From the NCBI GenBank assembly GCA_040954595.2, contig CM082583.2:11483656-11547655 (forward strand): a stretch of DNA of 64,000 bases. Reading direction: 5' to 3'. Source of the DNA: Balanoglossus misakiensis. Taxonomy: Eukaryota; Animalia; Hemichordata. Position numbers and translations under genes: made by a program. This document shows positions 27,766 to 38,600 of this stretch, in pieces. Each line of letters begins with the position of its first letter. Positions within the stretch are counted from its first letter, which is position 1. The notes beneath the pieces were generated by a model, which had not been told where the DNA came from, did not search any database, and saw nothing but the letters and a program-made list of their open reading frames with translations.

Positions 27766-28777
27766 ATGTTTACCAAAAGTCACACAATTCCAAGACCACA
27801 TGCCACTGCTGATGAGAGGTCATTGAAGTCTAAACTGGATGTATGGGACCACTGAAATACAAGTGCCCCTGGGACGGAAACAACTGAGGGGATACTTTGA
27901 TGTCCACTTCAGGATAATCAGGAATACTCTTTAAGGTGTGCAATGTCCAAGAACTGTTGTTGGACCACATGCTGTGGTTTCCCAATATCCAGAACCAAAT
28001 TCTATGCATAATGTCATCTGTCTCAATTTCGCATTCTTCATTTATATTGTTAGGCATATATATTTACATTAACATTTGAAACTGAAGGAAGTAGCGGGTG
28101 GGGTTTATTATCTGAAATGTGACATCATCACAAAATCAGAATATTCTAAACATATTGGCAACAGTAGCATAATTTGAATGTAGTAAACAGATAAACCACA
28201 ATTCACAAATCCAATGAATGTATATGATGCAGATGTTTATTACTAATAATTCACATCAAGTGCACCAGGTTGTTGACCTTGGTGAAAGGCAGAAAGAACA
28301 TTTGGTTCAATACAAGAAAAATCACTTGGCTGAAGCTGGTTAAAGGAATACAAGTCTCACTTTCTATGCTGAAATAGCATGCTATAATCGCAAGATATAG
28401 GAAACTTTGTCTTTGGCAGCTGTAGCATAAAGTATAGACTTTGCAATACAGACTGACATTATTCAGAAAGGATAACATCAAGGTTGTTCACAGTAACAAG
28501 TATTCTCAAGGTCCACTGTGATTTTATTTTTCCAACTTTGAAAGATGGACCAGTGGCATGGCAATTTTTTCAAGATGTTCACCGTGCACTGCAGCGACAA
28601 GTCAAATATCTCCAGTTATTTCTCCCCAAACTAAAAGCACATCCTAGTATGCAGGATTAGACGTTTCAAGATTTGCAAGACAGAAAGTCACAAAGACTGG
28701 ACAGGAATAATTGTAGCGAATTCTAAAACAACAGTTATTAGTGTAAATGTGATTTCAACTGACAGCAACTGGACAAG

Positions 28778-31776
28778 CTAAGAATCATTGTGATCGATAA
28801 TTTCTATGTCAATGCCAGAGTGGGTGCTTTCATTGTCTCCATGGCTTTCTTCGATGTCATCACCATCATCGTCACTGTCATCATCATCATCATTGAAATC
28901 ACCATACTCATCAAAATTTATGCCGTCAAGATCCATGTCCGGTACCTACATACAATACAAATGTAGACACCAACATGGGGTAGTGAGCAAGAGATACTAG
29001 GCGAGGGTTAGTAGATTACGTATTAAGATTGCCTTGCATGTTTAGCTTAGAGTTTTAAAATAAGTTTTAAGAAGATAATGAAGAGAGAGTGTGTACAGAA
29101 TGAATGTGAAAATGCTATGTTATGAGAAAAAGAGTCTCTACAATCATACTAATGTATATAGTTGCTACATTTACACTGATTATCAACTACACACATGCAC
29201 ACTAGGGTCTACAAACAACATATTTTTTATTTATCAATGTAATTCCTTTTTTTATTGCTACATCATAAGCGTTCAAAGCCACTGGTCTGTCCGTTTTATT
29301 ATTCTAACTTTTTGAAACCGTAGTCATCGCTATGAAACTCATCATCTATATCTACGCCATCACTATCGCTATCGCATTTGCTATCAAACTCTTCCAAAAC
29401 AGCAGCAGGACTAGCATTGGCATCGAGCTCGGCGACATTTTCGTCGGAACTGGGCGAGCTAGTCTCCAAATCTTGCATTATAATATTCTCCTCTTTTGCA
29501 ACTCGACCCACCTAAAAATAAGAGTTCGGGAAACATGCAGAAATGAAGGTAACAGGTTTGGTGTCAGGCATGCAATGCTAGTGAATGATCCATATCACCT
29601 AGAAACAATCCCCAAAGCCATAAGCCACAAATTACAAGCCAATGAAAACTCTAAACCACACCACCAAACAGTTACATCTTAAAGTAGGGAAGCGACACAA
29701 AATACATAATGCTCACAAGGAAGGGATACGAATAAGAACATAAAGAATAGACAGACATGGGTCTCTGGTTTGGCTGGTCCCATTCCATACTTGGTGAATG
29801 TGTGTGTGTGTTATGGCCACTGATATTTTTTTGGTAGGGTAAATGATTTGGAGCATCTATGGATGAAGAATGCGCAGAGTCTTAAGTCATTAATTTCTGA
29901 GGTGTCTTTGATGTTAAGTTGACACGTACCATCCACTGTACTGCACTTGAACTGACAACATAGTCGGTCAATGACACCATAGCTTCTGAAACTCTGTTTA
30001 GTTTCTCTTGCGCTTGGTTCAGTAGATTTGCTGGCATGTCGTTCAACACCTTTGCCTGTTTAGCAGAAAAAAAGTATTAAAAGTAACATCTGGTGCATAA
30101 TTTTTGTTTTAAAGACCAGGTTGTATTTTGTATAGGTGGCTGTATGCCATTCATAAAGAAAGCCTATGAACTTACATTTTTGAATGATTCATACACTTCA
30201 TCAGCCATCTCCTTAGCTTTAGTGGCCTGCAATACAACACTCTCAGGCAGCACCTGGGCACCGGAGGCAACCACTTTACCACACGCCACCTTCAGTCTCT
30301 TGGCCAGATTGCGGGCTACAGCCACAGTTTTGTTGTCGGAGGACTGGAGAAGAGAAGAAACGAAAGATTTTCATATATACAGACAAACGCCAAGGTCCAC
30401 AAATGCATGCACATGATTTGTCATGTAAAACACACCTCAACTGCTTCCTCTTCTGCGACTGCCTCTTCTCCCTCCTCAGCCTCCGTGGTCCACTCATTCC
30501 AGGTGCTCCATAGTTTCTCCTGGGCGTCGCTCACTTTTTCCTTCACTTTCTGATTGGTGGAATCAATGTTGCTCCTGGCGTACGCAATCTGTGGAGATTC
30601 AAAGAATAAGATTGTCGTTAGATGCATTGCTTCTTCATCTGCAAGCCACAGCTGTAAAACGAACTCACAAGAGAAAAGTACTAACCAAATCGACGGTGTA
30701 ATGCAATTTTTCCACAGTTTCTTGGCTGCGACGCTGGGCAGTCTGAAGCTTTGTCATGGCCCGCTTGTACACCCTCTGACGGACTTTTCCAGACAGGCTC
30801 ACCACACGATCAACAGATGTCCATGACATCTCTTCCTTCTCCTGATCAGTTTTCTCTTCTTCCACCTTTGCTGCATTTTCCTCTGTTGAGCGAGGATGAG
30901 GAAGAGAGCAAGTTAGAATCTTGGACAGGGTTTTTATATTTTATGAAAAGTGCTACAGAAACTACCTCCACAATATAAATGCCCCTCAATTATTACCTCG
31001 TTCCTGATCATCAGGAGGCAGACAGCGGTCAACCACCATCTCTGAAAGGGCCAGAGAGACGTCCACACCAGCACAGACGGCCTGACCGACTCTTGTCTTG
31101 GCAACAGAGTCAACAGTCTGGAAGCCCACAGCCTTGGTGCCATCCCAAACGCGTTTAGTTCCATCAACCACGTTGCTGTAGATCTGCCAAGTATATGTGA
31201 CAAAACATACAGTGAATACCAGATAAATTTCATAATATGAAGAAATGAACGTTTTCATAATTTTAAACATGCTTATTTGGGGGGTTAAAGAGTTTCTCTA
31301 AACCAAAAGAAGACTTGTATTGTAAAACAACTGTACCTTCTCTGGGGGCAAGGTAATCGCAGGACAGGCTTCTTCCAGTTTGTCCATCTGATTACAAGCA
31401 AAGTCATTGGCGTAGGTGACTGGAAAAATCAAGAGTTGGAGGTTATAACGGTTGTCATCATGAATAATCAAATCTTACGTTTGATTCAATGCAAAAAAAA
31501 GAGACATTAGACTGATATTTGTAGCATAAACTTACTTTGCTTTTCAAACTTGTTGACCACTGGTTGAGCAGTGTTGGCCACCGTGCCGACAGATTTCTCA
31601 GCAACCTCAAAAGTGTACTTCAACAATCCATTGTACTCCTTGGTCTTGGTGTAGATGTTGCTCACTTGTCCAATAGCGGAGTTGACCACTGGCAGTCCCG
31701 CAACTCGGCTGATAATATTCTCCTTGTTCTCCGGCATCTCAGCAGCCACATCCATAACTTCCTTATCGACTTCCAT
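28778..31776 (-). CDS. Perilipin (PAT family, PLIN2-like), short isoform
   Basis: PAT domain ENIISRVAGLPVVNSA..YTKTKE..AEKSV, then ACNQMDKLEE..P, 11-mer repeat region, SEMVVDRCLPP, SLSGKVRQRVYKRA and VQWM. Multi-exon, with two candidate last exons (29511-29299 or 28945-28778). Confidence 0.9.
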
Positions 31777-32443
31777 GTCGGTGTCTACAGGTTCAATAAC
31801 TGAAATATAACAGAGTATACATGAGCACAGAATTCAGAAGACCTTCAAGGGGTGAGGCTAAATGAAGGACTGGGCTAAATCGGCATAGTGTGCATGCACT
31901 GACTTGGATAATTTGACCCCATAGCATAAGTGTGTCACAGATATGTTCCTATCTGTAGTCCAAGGGTGGATCAATGACCAGCCACATTATCTATGAGGTA
32001 ACTGACCTGTCCATATCTGGAATTAGCCTAGTTAAATAAAGGAAGCGTGTAAATTCGGTCATTTACTCATTTCGATCGCGACCCGTAGCTCTTTTCGTGA
32101 CGTGTTCACCCAATGTACATTACGATGACGCAATAGTTTGGGAGGGGAATTTCCAAAATTCAACAAGATCGCTCAGCTACATTTTCCGTAGTATTTTGCC
32201 AAAGATGCTCGAGAAGCAGTAGAATTTATAGATTAATATTAAACTACTGATACTGAAATGTAAAACCCAGATAGAATGAAGTTATACGTCGAAACTGTTC
32301 AAAAAAATGTAACTTCCGCATAAATCACACGTACGAACAATCGCGCTACCGTCGACGGGCCACTCGCATTACTAGTAATACGCACACTAATCTTGACAAA
32401 GAATAAGATCAGTTTGGACTGTTGAAAAGTGTCGAAACCCTAC

Positions 32444-32660
32444 CTTTCGTGTCTTCTGAAAATAACGACTTTAGTTTGTGTACGACGAAGATGATCGCAA
32501 TACTGTAAGTGCCGATTTGCACGTCTTGCACTATTATACACTTCTGTCACGGTCACGTGAAAATTGTGACGTCGTTTGTAACCAATCGTATGTCAGCTTT
32601 TATGAGAACTAGGCATAGGCCAATCAGAAAGACGTTTTGTTATATCAAGCAGATAAAGGT
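32444..32660 (-). promoter_or_regulatory. Proximal perilipin promoter and non-coding first exon (short isoform)
   Basis: Minus-strand TATAATA at ~32532-32538, E-box GTCACGTGA at 32552, TGACGTC at 32567 and CCAAT boxes at ~32582 and ~32620. The exon ends at donor AAG|GTAGGG (32444) and contains no ATG. Confidence 0.6.
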
Positions 32661-32921
32661 CAACGTTCGCATGCACTACCCACCACGCGGGTTCACAGGA
32701 GGGTCACATGTCACCTGTCATAAGATTATATTTTTGGTAGGAAAGCCAGTCCAACTACAACCATGGAAGTTTTCAGCGCAGGGTGGGAGAACATTAACCA
32801 AGTGATAGCCTGTGTTTTAGTTATCGGGTTCTCCTCTCATAGAACTTCTGAAAAATATTCTGAGAGAAATAGTGTTGATCAGAGAGAAGGGCCAAAGTAC
32901 GAAAAATGACCAGCCTCTTAC

Positions 32922-33459
32922 CATCCAGTCCAACATCTTTGGTTGGTGGCCTGACACAGGAACAATGAGTGCATTGCGAATCGGTCATTGTACTTTGGTT
33001 CATCAAATATGGACTTTGGTCATCTCCGGCCAGTTGGTCCACCACGTGGTCGTCAAGCGGCGGCTGACACGCAACTAGGTCGTCGGGCACGTACACGAAA
33101 TCAGACATGACGTCAGTCAGATCTCCTACGAGCTGCAAGCCACTGTGATCCGACGACGCGTCGCCTGGGAAACAGGGGATGTTGTCATCAATGAAGAATT
33201 CGTCGACGTCTTCTTCTGGACGGACACGTCGCTTCGAACCATTTCCTTTAGTCGAACTACCGGCAGCTTTACTGTTTCCGTTCCTATTTTCGCCTGGCTT
33301 GCATTTCTTCTGAGTGGAGACAGGCCGCTGATTATTTCGACCCACTTTCTTGTCCGGTGACTGCGATTTTCTCGGGGCCTGGGGACGCTTCTTTGTGACA
33401 GAACTCGCGGTCGCACCACTTTCTTTAATTTGCGGTGATTTGACCACCTGTTTCGACAT
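32922..33459 (-). CDS. Predicted alternative N-terminal coding exon of the perilipin gene (long isoform)
   Basis: Acceptor TTTCAG|33566, ATG at 33459, 179 open codons, then donor ATG|GTAAGA at 32922 (phase 1). This joins in frame to the perilipin acceptor at 31799 (..LD-V-IEPVDTD-MEVDK). Confidence 0.65.
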
Positions 33460-33623
33460 TTTCTCGTCCACCGAGTCTGGTAGTTTTCATCAGACGTAAA
33501 TCTTTATGAATTGTCACAGTAATTCACTTTACTTATTCTCTTGATATAAGGCGAAAATTACAACTCCTGAAAGTGAAAGAATCCGACACACGGAATTATA
33601 AATAGCACGCACCTGACACTAAC

Positions 33624-34188
33624 TGTCGAGATTTTTCCTTCGTCGTTATTATTACGTTGAGACTGGTCAGGTGATCAGTAAGGGTAACGACCTTACACCC
33701 GAGTGACAGAGCGCACGAGGACAAAATAATAAAGTGTAGAAGCCAACGTGGCGTATTTATTAACTGAACACGAAAAATTATCAACAATACTGCGTAAAAA
33801 TGAAGAGCTGTACCTTCTTTGCTGTTGCTGGTGTGGCCTCGATAAGAAAAACCCCTTGAGCGACCCCGTTTTAAAGAGAATCGCTACTTATATACCCTCG
33901 GGTCGGATTCAAAATCAGAAAAGCTAATTTGCATATCGGACGTCGGAGAAAGCACCTAAAATCTACATATCATGTCGGCTTCAAGCCAAGAAAAGTAGCT
34001 AAATAAATGATTGACAGCTGTCGCTCGAAATCGTCGTTGCTAGACAACCAAAGGCAAACATTGAATGAAAACTGAACGTGCGTACTAACAGGCTAATCGG
34101 TTTTGGCGCGTGTGCCGCGCCTGCTGAGTAATTACAAAAACCGCAAAGGCATTCAGAAACGTAAAATGGACCTCGTTAAACCTCTACA
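33624..34188 (-). repeat. 3' LTR (565 bp)
   Basis: Direct repeat of 41423-41987 with no mismatch found by eye. Preceded on the element strand by the polypurine tract. Confidence 0.96.
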
Positions 34189-34201
34189 TTACCCCCCTCT
34201 A
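34189..34201 (-). other. Polypurine tract (PPT)
   Basis: Minus strand reads TAGAGGGGGGTAA immediately before the TG of the 3' LTR. Confidence 0.85.
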
Positions 34202-34342
34202 AGACAATAAAGTTCCGACTATTGTACAAGAAAAAGTTGAATCGCAAAAAATATTTCTAAGGGAAGGGACCCCCACCCCGTACAGCTTCACAATGAGAAA
34301 AATGCAGAAAATGTTCAAGAAAAAGAGTTCAATACAAAAATG

Positions 34343-35011
34343 TTACTCGTCGTCTCTCCCCGGCGTCCGCGGCGGCAGATTCAAATTCTCTTCATCTTCT
34401 GGGCTCAGCTCTAATAGCTGTAGTCTGGGTCGACCGGCGGTGCTGGTTCTGGCCTGGCTGGTAGTTACCTTCTTTGCTGATGGGGCTTCCCTCCTTCTCT
34501 TCTTGGTCTGGGTCCCCGGGGTGTTTGCAGGTGGCTTGTCGGTCCTTTGCTGAAGGACGACTGTACGGGCGCAGGAGGAGACGGTCGGCGTCGCTGCCGC
34601 CGGCAGCTGCAGAACGGTCCCCGGCTCTACAGGTGGACCGGACGTTGTCGTTGATGCTGTGGTCGAATTCAGCAGATAGTAGGTCCGCTTGGTGTTGGTC
34701 TCCGCCTTGATTGTTCCATGGGAGTATATGCGGTGGGTGTGCGAATCCTCCACTCTCTCCACCCGATTGAAATCGATCGGGGCGAATACATCACCATGAC
34801 GGACGGGTTGGGGTGTTGACGGTCGGCGCCGTGTGGAATCTGCGGGTGGGGCTGGATCTGCCTCGGCGACGGACACGGTACTGGTAGCTACGCTGCCGGT
34901 GTTTCGGTTGGCGACGCACGGGTGTTCGTTGTACTCGAACGAGTGTTCGAATACGCATCCACACCTAATACAAATTCGTCTCCCTGCCTGATCTCGCCTG
35001 AAGGAGTTCAT
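34343..35011 (-). CDS. Retrotransposon accessory ORF3 (222 aa, N-terminal zinc-finger-like motif, not env)
   Basis: Sense ORF between pol and the PPT. C-x2-C-x3-F-x5-Y-x2-H-x-C (CIRCGCVFEHSFEYNEHPC) and NLS-like KKRRR. No signal peptide or transmembrane segment. Confidence 0.7.
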   Translation of the reverse strand: MNSFRRDQAGRRICIRCGCVFEHSFEYNEHPCVANRNTGSVATSTVSVAEADPAPPADSTRRRPSTPQPVRHGDVFAPIDFNRVERVEDSHTHRIYSHGTIKAETNTKRTYYLLNSTTASTTTSGPPVEPGTVLQLPAAATPTVSSCARTVVLQQRTDKPPANTPGTQTKKRRREAPSAKKVTTSQARTSTAGRPRLQLLELSPEDEENLNLPPRTPGRDDE

Positions 35012-35671
35012 CTCTTGTAGTTTAGTGGTTTCTGCGCTGATCGGACCGGGTGAGAAGAGCGACGTTCCCGGCTCATTGTTGCCCTATTTATACTGTTCTC
35101 AACGTAGCGAACCAAGCTTGGTCCAACCCCCCTAAAATTAACCGTGACGGAACGGAGGATTGCCGTTGGTCGTCTAAGAAATCCACGCAAGTCGTGCACT
35201 GATTGGACGCTTTTTCACGGCCAGCGGAGTGCCGATGATCCTCAATCCAAACAGAAAAAGAGAAGTTTTCGCCAATGGTGAATTCATGTAGAAAGCACAA
35301 AATTCGACGTGCTTACCTTCTGGACAGTCGAAATAATTTTTGAAGACAGCATATCGTCGCCGGTACATACGGCATATGATACTATCGGCCGGCTCCTATC
35401 TAAATTCTAATATATCAGGTATATCGCTCGACGGCATTCTCGCTGCATCGTGCGACTTCTCGCTTCATCGTAGTCGTAGTCGTAGTCGTAGGCTAAGATA
35501 CATCACCATCTCTATCTATCTCGGCCTTCTGATTTATTAAATAATTCCTTTTCCCGCACTTCACTTCCGTCGTCCTTCCTCCCGCACTCTTGTTCCTGGC
35601 TACACTGGGCAGAGATGCCAATCTCTGGGGAGCGTGCGATTCTCCCGTGATACCCGTCGTATCCTCTGCGG

Positions 35672-38600
35672 CTACACGCTGTCGTTGCCGGGACAATATG
35701 ACCAATCACCGTAGCGCTGGGGCGGTTGCCGTTGTCTCTGGGGATATAGCCGGTGGCGGCTCATGTTCGAACGCCGGTAGGCGCGTGAACGTTGCCGCGG
35801 TGGGGACGAGCGGTGAACACAGTCACCCGGTTCGCTTCTATCATTTTCACTGTTTTCGGTAGCCGTGATAATTCGCTGTTTGTCCCGCCAGTCGACGCCG
35901 TCGTTACCCGTATAAGGTTTTAGGCGATCGTAGTGTATCACTCTTGGTCGGTAATTTCTACCACGTTGAATTCTGAATAGCACATCGGACAATTTATCAG
36001 TGATGAGGTAGGGGCCGTCCCACCGGCGGGCTGCTAACTTTCTTGAAGTCCCCTTTTTGAACGCCTCGATGTGAAGCCAGACGAACTGGCCAACTTCAAG
36101 TGGAGTTCCTGATGCACGATTGTCGTATTCTCGCTTCTGTGTAACCGCACTCTTTTTCAGTGCAAGGCGGGCGCGCTCGTGCGCCAGTTGCATCCTCTTA
36201 CGGAGTTGTAGTGCATAATCTGTATTCTCGTTCTGGTCGGGTTCGGGTGTGGGGCCGTGTAGTAAATCTATTGGTAGTGCGACTTCTCTACCGAGCATCA
36301 ACATCGCCGGTGTTTCCGACGTACTCGCCTGGACGCTACTTCGGTACGCCATCATCGCGTACGGGACCACAAGATCCCAATCGGATTGGTCGGGGTTGAC
36401 CAAGATTGAGACTGACTGCGAAATTGTCCTCATGAACCGTTCGACGTATCCATCACTCTTTGGGTTGTAGGGCGCTGTGCGGGTTTTCTTAATGCCTAGC
36501 AGCCGACATACTTCTGACATAACCCGTGACTCGAAGTTTGCACCTTGGTCGGAATGAAGTTGACGTGGTGTGCCGAAACGGGTTATAAACTCGCCGGCCA
36601 ATTTCTCGGCGACCGTCGCAGCCTCTTGGTTAGGGATGGGGTACGCCTCTACCCACTTGGTGAAATAATCGCCGATGACCAAAATCCACCTGTTGTTGCG
36701 TTCGGTGATAGGAAAGGGGCCAATTATATCGAATGCCACTCGATCAAGAGGGGATCCGACGACGTACTGTTGAAGCCGTCCACGACGTTTTCGTCCATGG
36801 CTCTTTCTAGCAGCACATACGTCGCATCGTCTGATCATCGCCCTAATGTCGTTCGTCGCACCATACCAATAATACCGTTGGAGAATTTTCCGTTTCGTCT
36901 TAAAAACACCAAAATGAGCTGCAGTTTTGGCCGAATGTAACTCGTCGAATATTTCGTCTTTGAGTGAGCACGGGGGAATCAGTAATAATCGGTGGGTATT
37001 GTCTCGGCTGGATATCCATCGCCGATAAAGTACGCCGTCGTGAATTTCTAGCAAATCCCACGAACCCCAATATGCCTTTACTGCTGAACTGGAAGGGGAT
37101 ACCGTTTGCCAGTCTGGGCGCGTATCGTCACCTTCCTTCAGTCGTAATATTGGGCCAACGTCGGGATCATCCAGTTGTAGTTTTCGCAGTGTTTCGTTGT
37201 CATAACGTAGTTGTAGGCCAATTGCATTTGTCGTTTTCTCTTCCGGGTCGCCGTCGACATCAGGACAACTTGATTTACGACGCTCGGTTTCGGGTCCGGT
37301 TGACGTCGACGTTGGCAGGTCCCCGGTTGATGATGAGTTTGTGTTCGCTGGGTCGGTCTCGGTCTGTGTTGCTGTCGATTGGTAACCTGGCACCGTCACC
37401 TTCGCTAACGTTGGTGCGTTCTCTCGGTCGGCAGGCCTATCGCTGGGGTGGGCTCGTCCACACTGTCGGCACGGCCTCCTTGACAGGCCGTCTGCATTCT
37501 GATGTTTCTTTCCCGGTCGATGTATTATTTTGTAGTCGAATTCGCTTATAACTTCGAGCCAACGAGCCAGTTGTCCTTCAGGTTCCTTGAAGTTGACAAG
37601 CCATCGGAGAGAGGCGTGGTCTGTTCGAAGTGTGAAGGGCTGACCGTATAAATATGGGCGAAAGTGTTTCATGAAGTGGACCGCTGCGAGTAATTCTTTC
37701 CGCGTAACACAGTAGTTCCGCTCGGCTTTCGATAGACTCCGGCTGGCAAAGCTGATGACTCGTTCAACGCCGTTTTCGATTTGAGAGAGGACGCCGCCTA
37801 TCCCAAACTTACTAGCGTCGGTGTCGAGGATGAGGGGAGCATCGGGGATTGGATAAGCTAACACTGGCGCACTTATGAGCTTTCCTTTGAGAGTGTTGAA
37901 GGCGCAGTCGCATTCGTTGTCCCAGAAGAAGGGTTGGTTTTTCTCGGTCAGCCTGGTAAGGGGTCTCGCGATGATTGAAAAGTTGTGGACGAACCGGCGA
38001 TAGTAAGACGCAAGGCCTAAGAATGCGCGAACTTCATGCACGTTTGTCGGTGTGGGCCAAAACTTGACGGCTTCGACCTTTTTGGGGCTCGTTTCGATTC
38101 CGGCGGCGGAAACGCGATGGCCTAAATAGTCGACTTGTTTCTGAAACAATTTGCATTTACTGGGTTTCAACTTTAAGCCGGCTGTCTGCAAACGATGGAA
38201 TACCATGTCTAGTCGTTCTAACATTTGGTCGAAGGAAGAGGCGAAAACGATGATATCGTCTAAATACAACAGCAGGATCTCCCATTGTAACCCTGCCAGT
38301 GCGTACTCCATCAGTCGTTGAAAAGTTGCCGGCGCGTTGCAAAGTCCGAACGGCATCACTTTCCACTGAAACAGGCCGTTCCATGTTGTGAAGGCAGTCT
38401 TTTCTTTGGCATCGTCGTCGAGTGCCACCTGCCAAAAGCCACTGGTGAGGTCGAGCGTTGTGAACCAGCAAGCTCCGGCAAGTGCGTTGACACTGTCTTC
38501 GATTCGTGGTATGGCGTATGCATCCTTTTTCGTGATGTCGTTAAGACGGCGGTAGTCTACACAGAACCGAGAGCTACCGTCCGATTTACGCACTAGAACA

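Noticed and set aside
32821-32921. BH3-like stretch (IFRTLALLSDQHY) suggesting the 216-aa ORF is a Bim/Bmf-like gene
   Set aside because: It lies downstream of a strong donor that splices in frame to perilipin, so it is probably intronic. The match to the BH3 consensus is imperfect and no poly(A) signal follows.
34343-35011. ORF3 as an envelope gene
   Set aside because: No signal peptide, fusion peptide or transmembrane segment.
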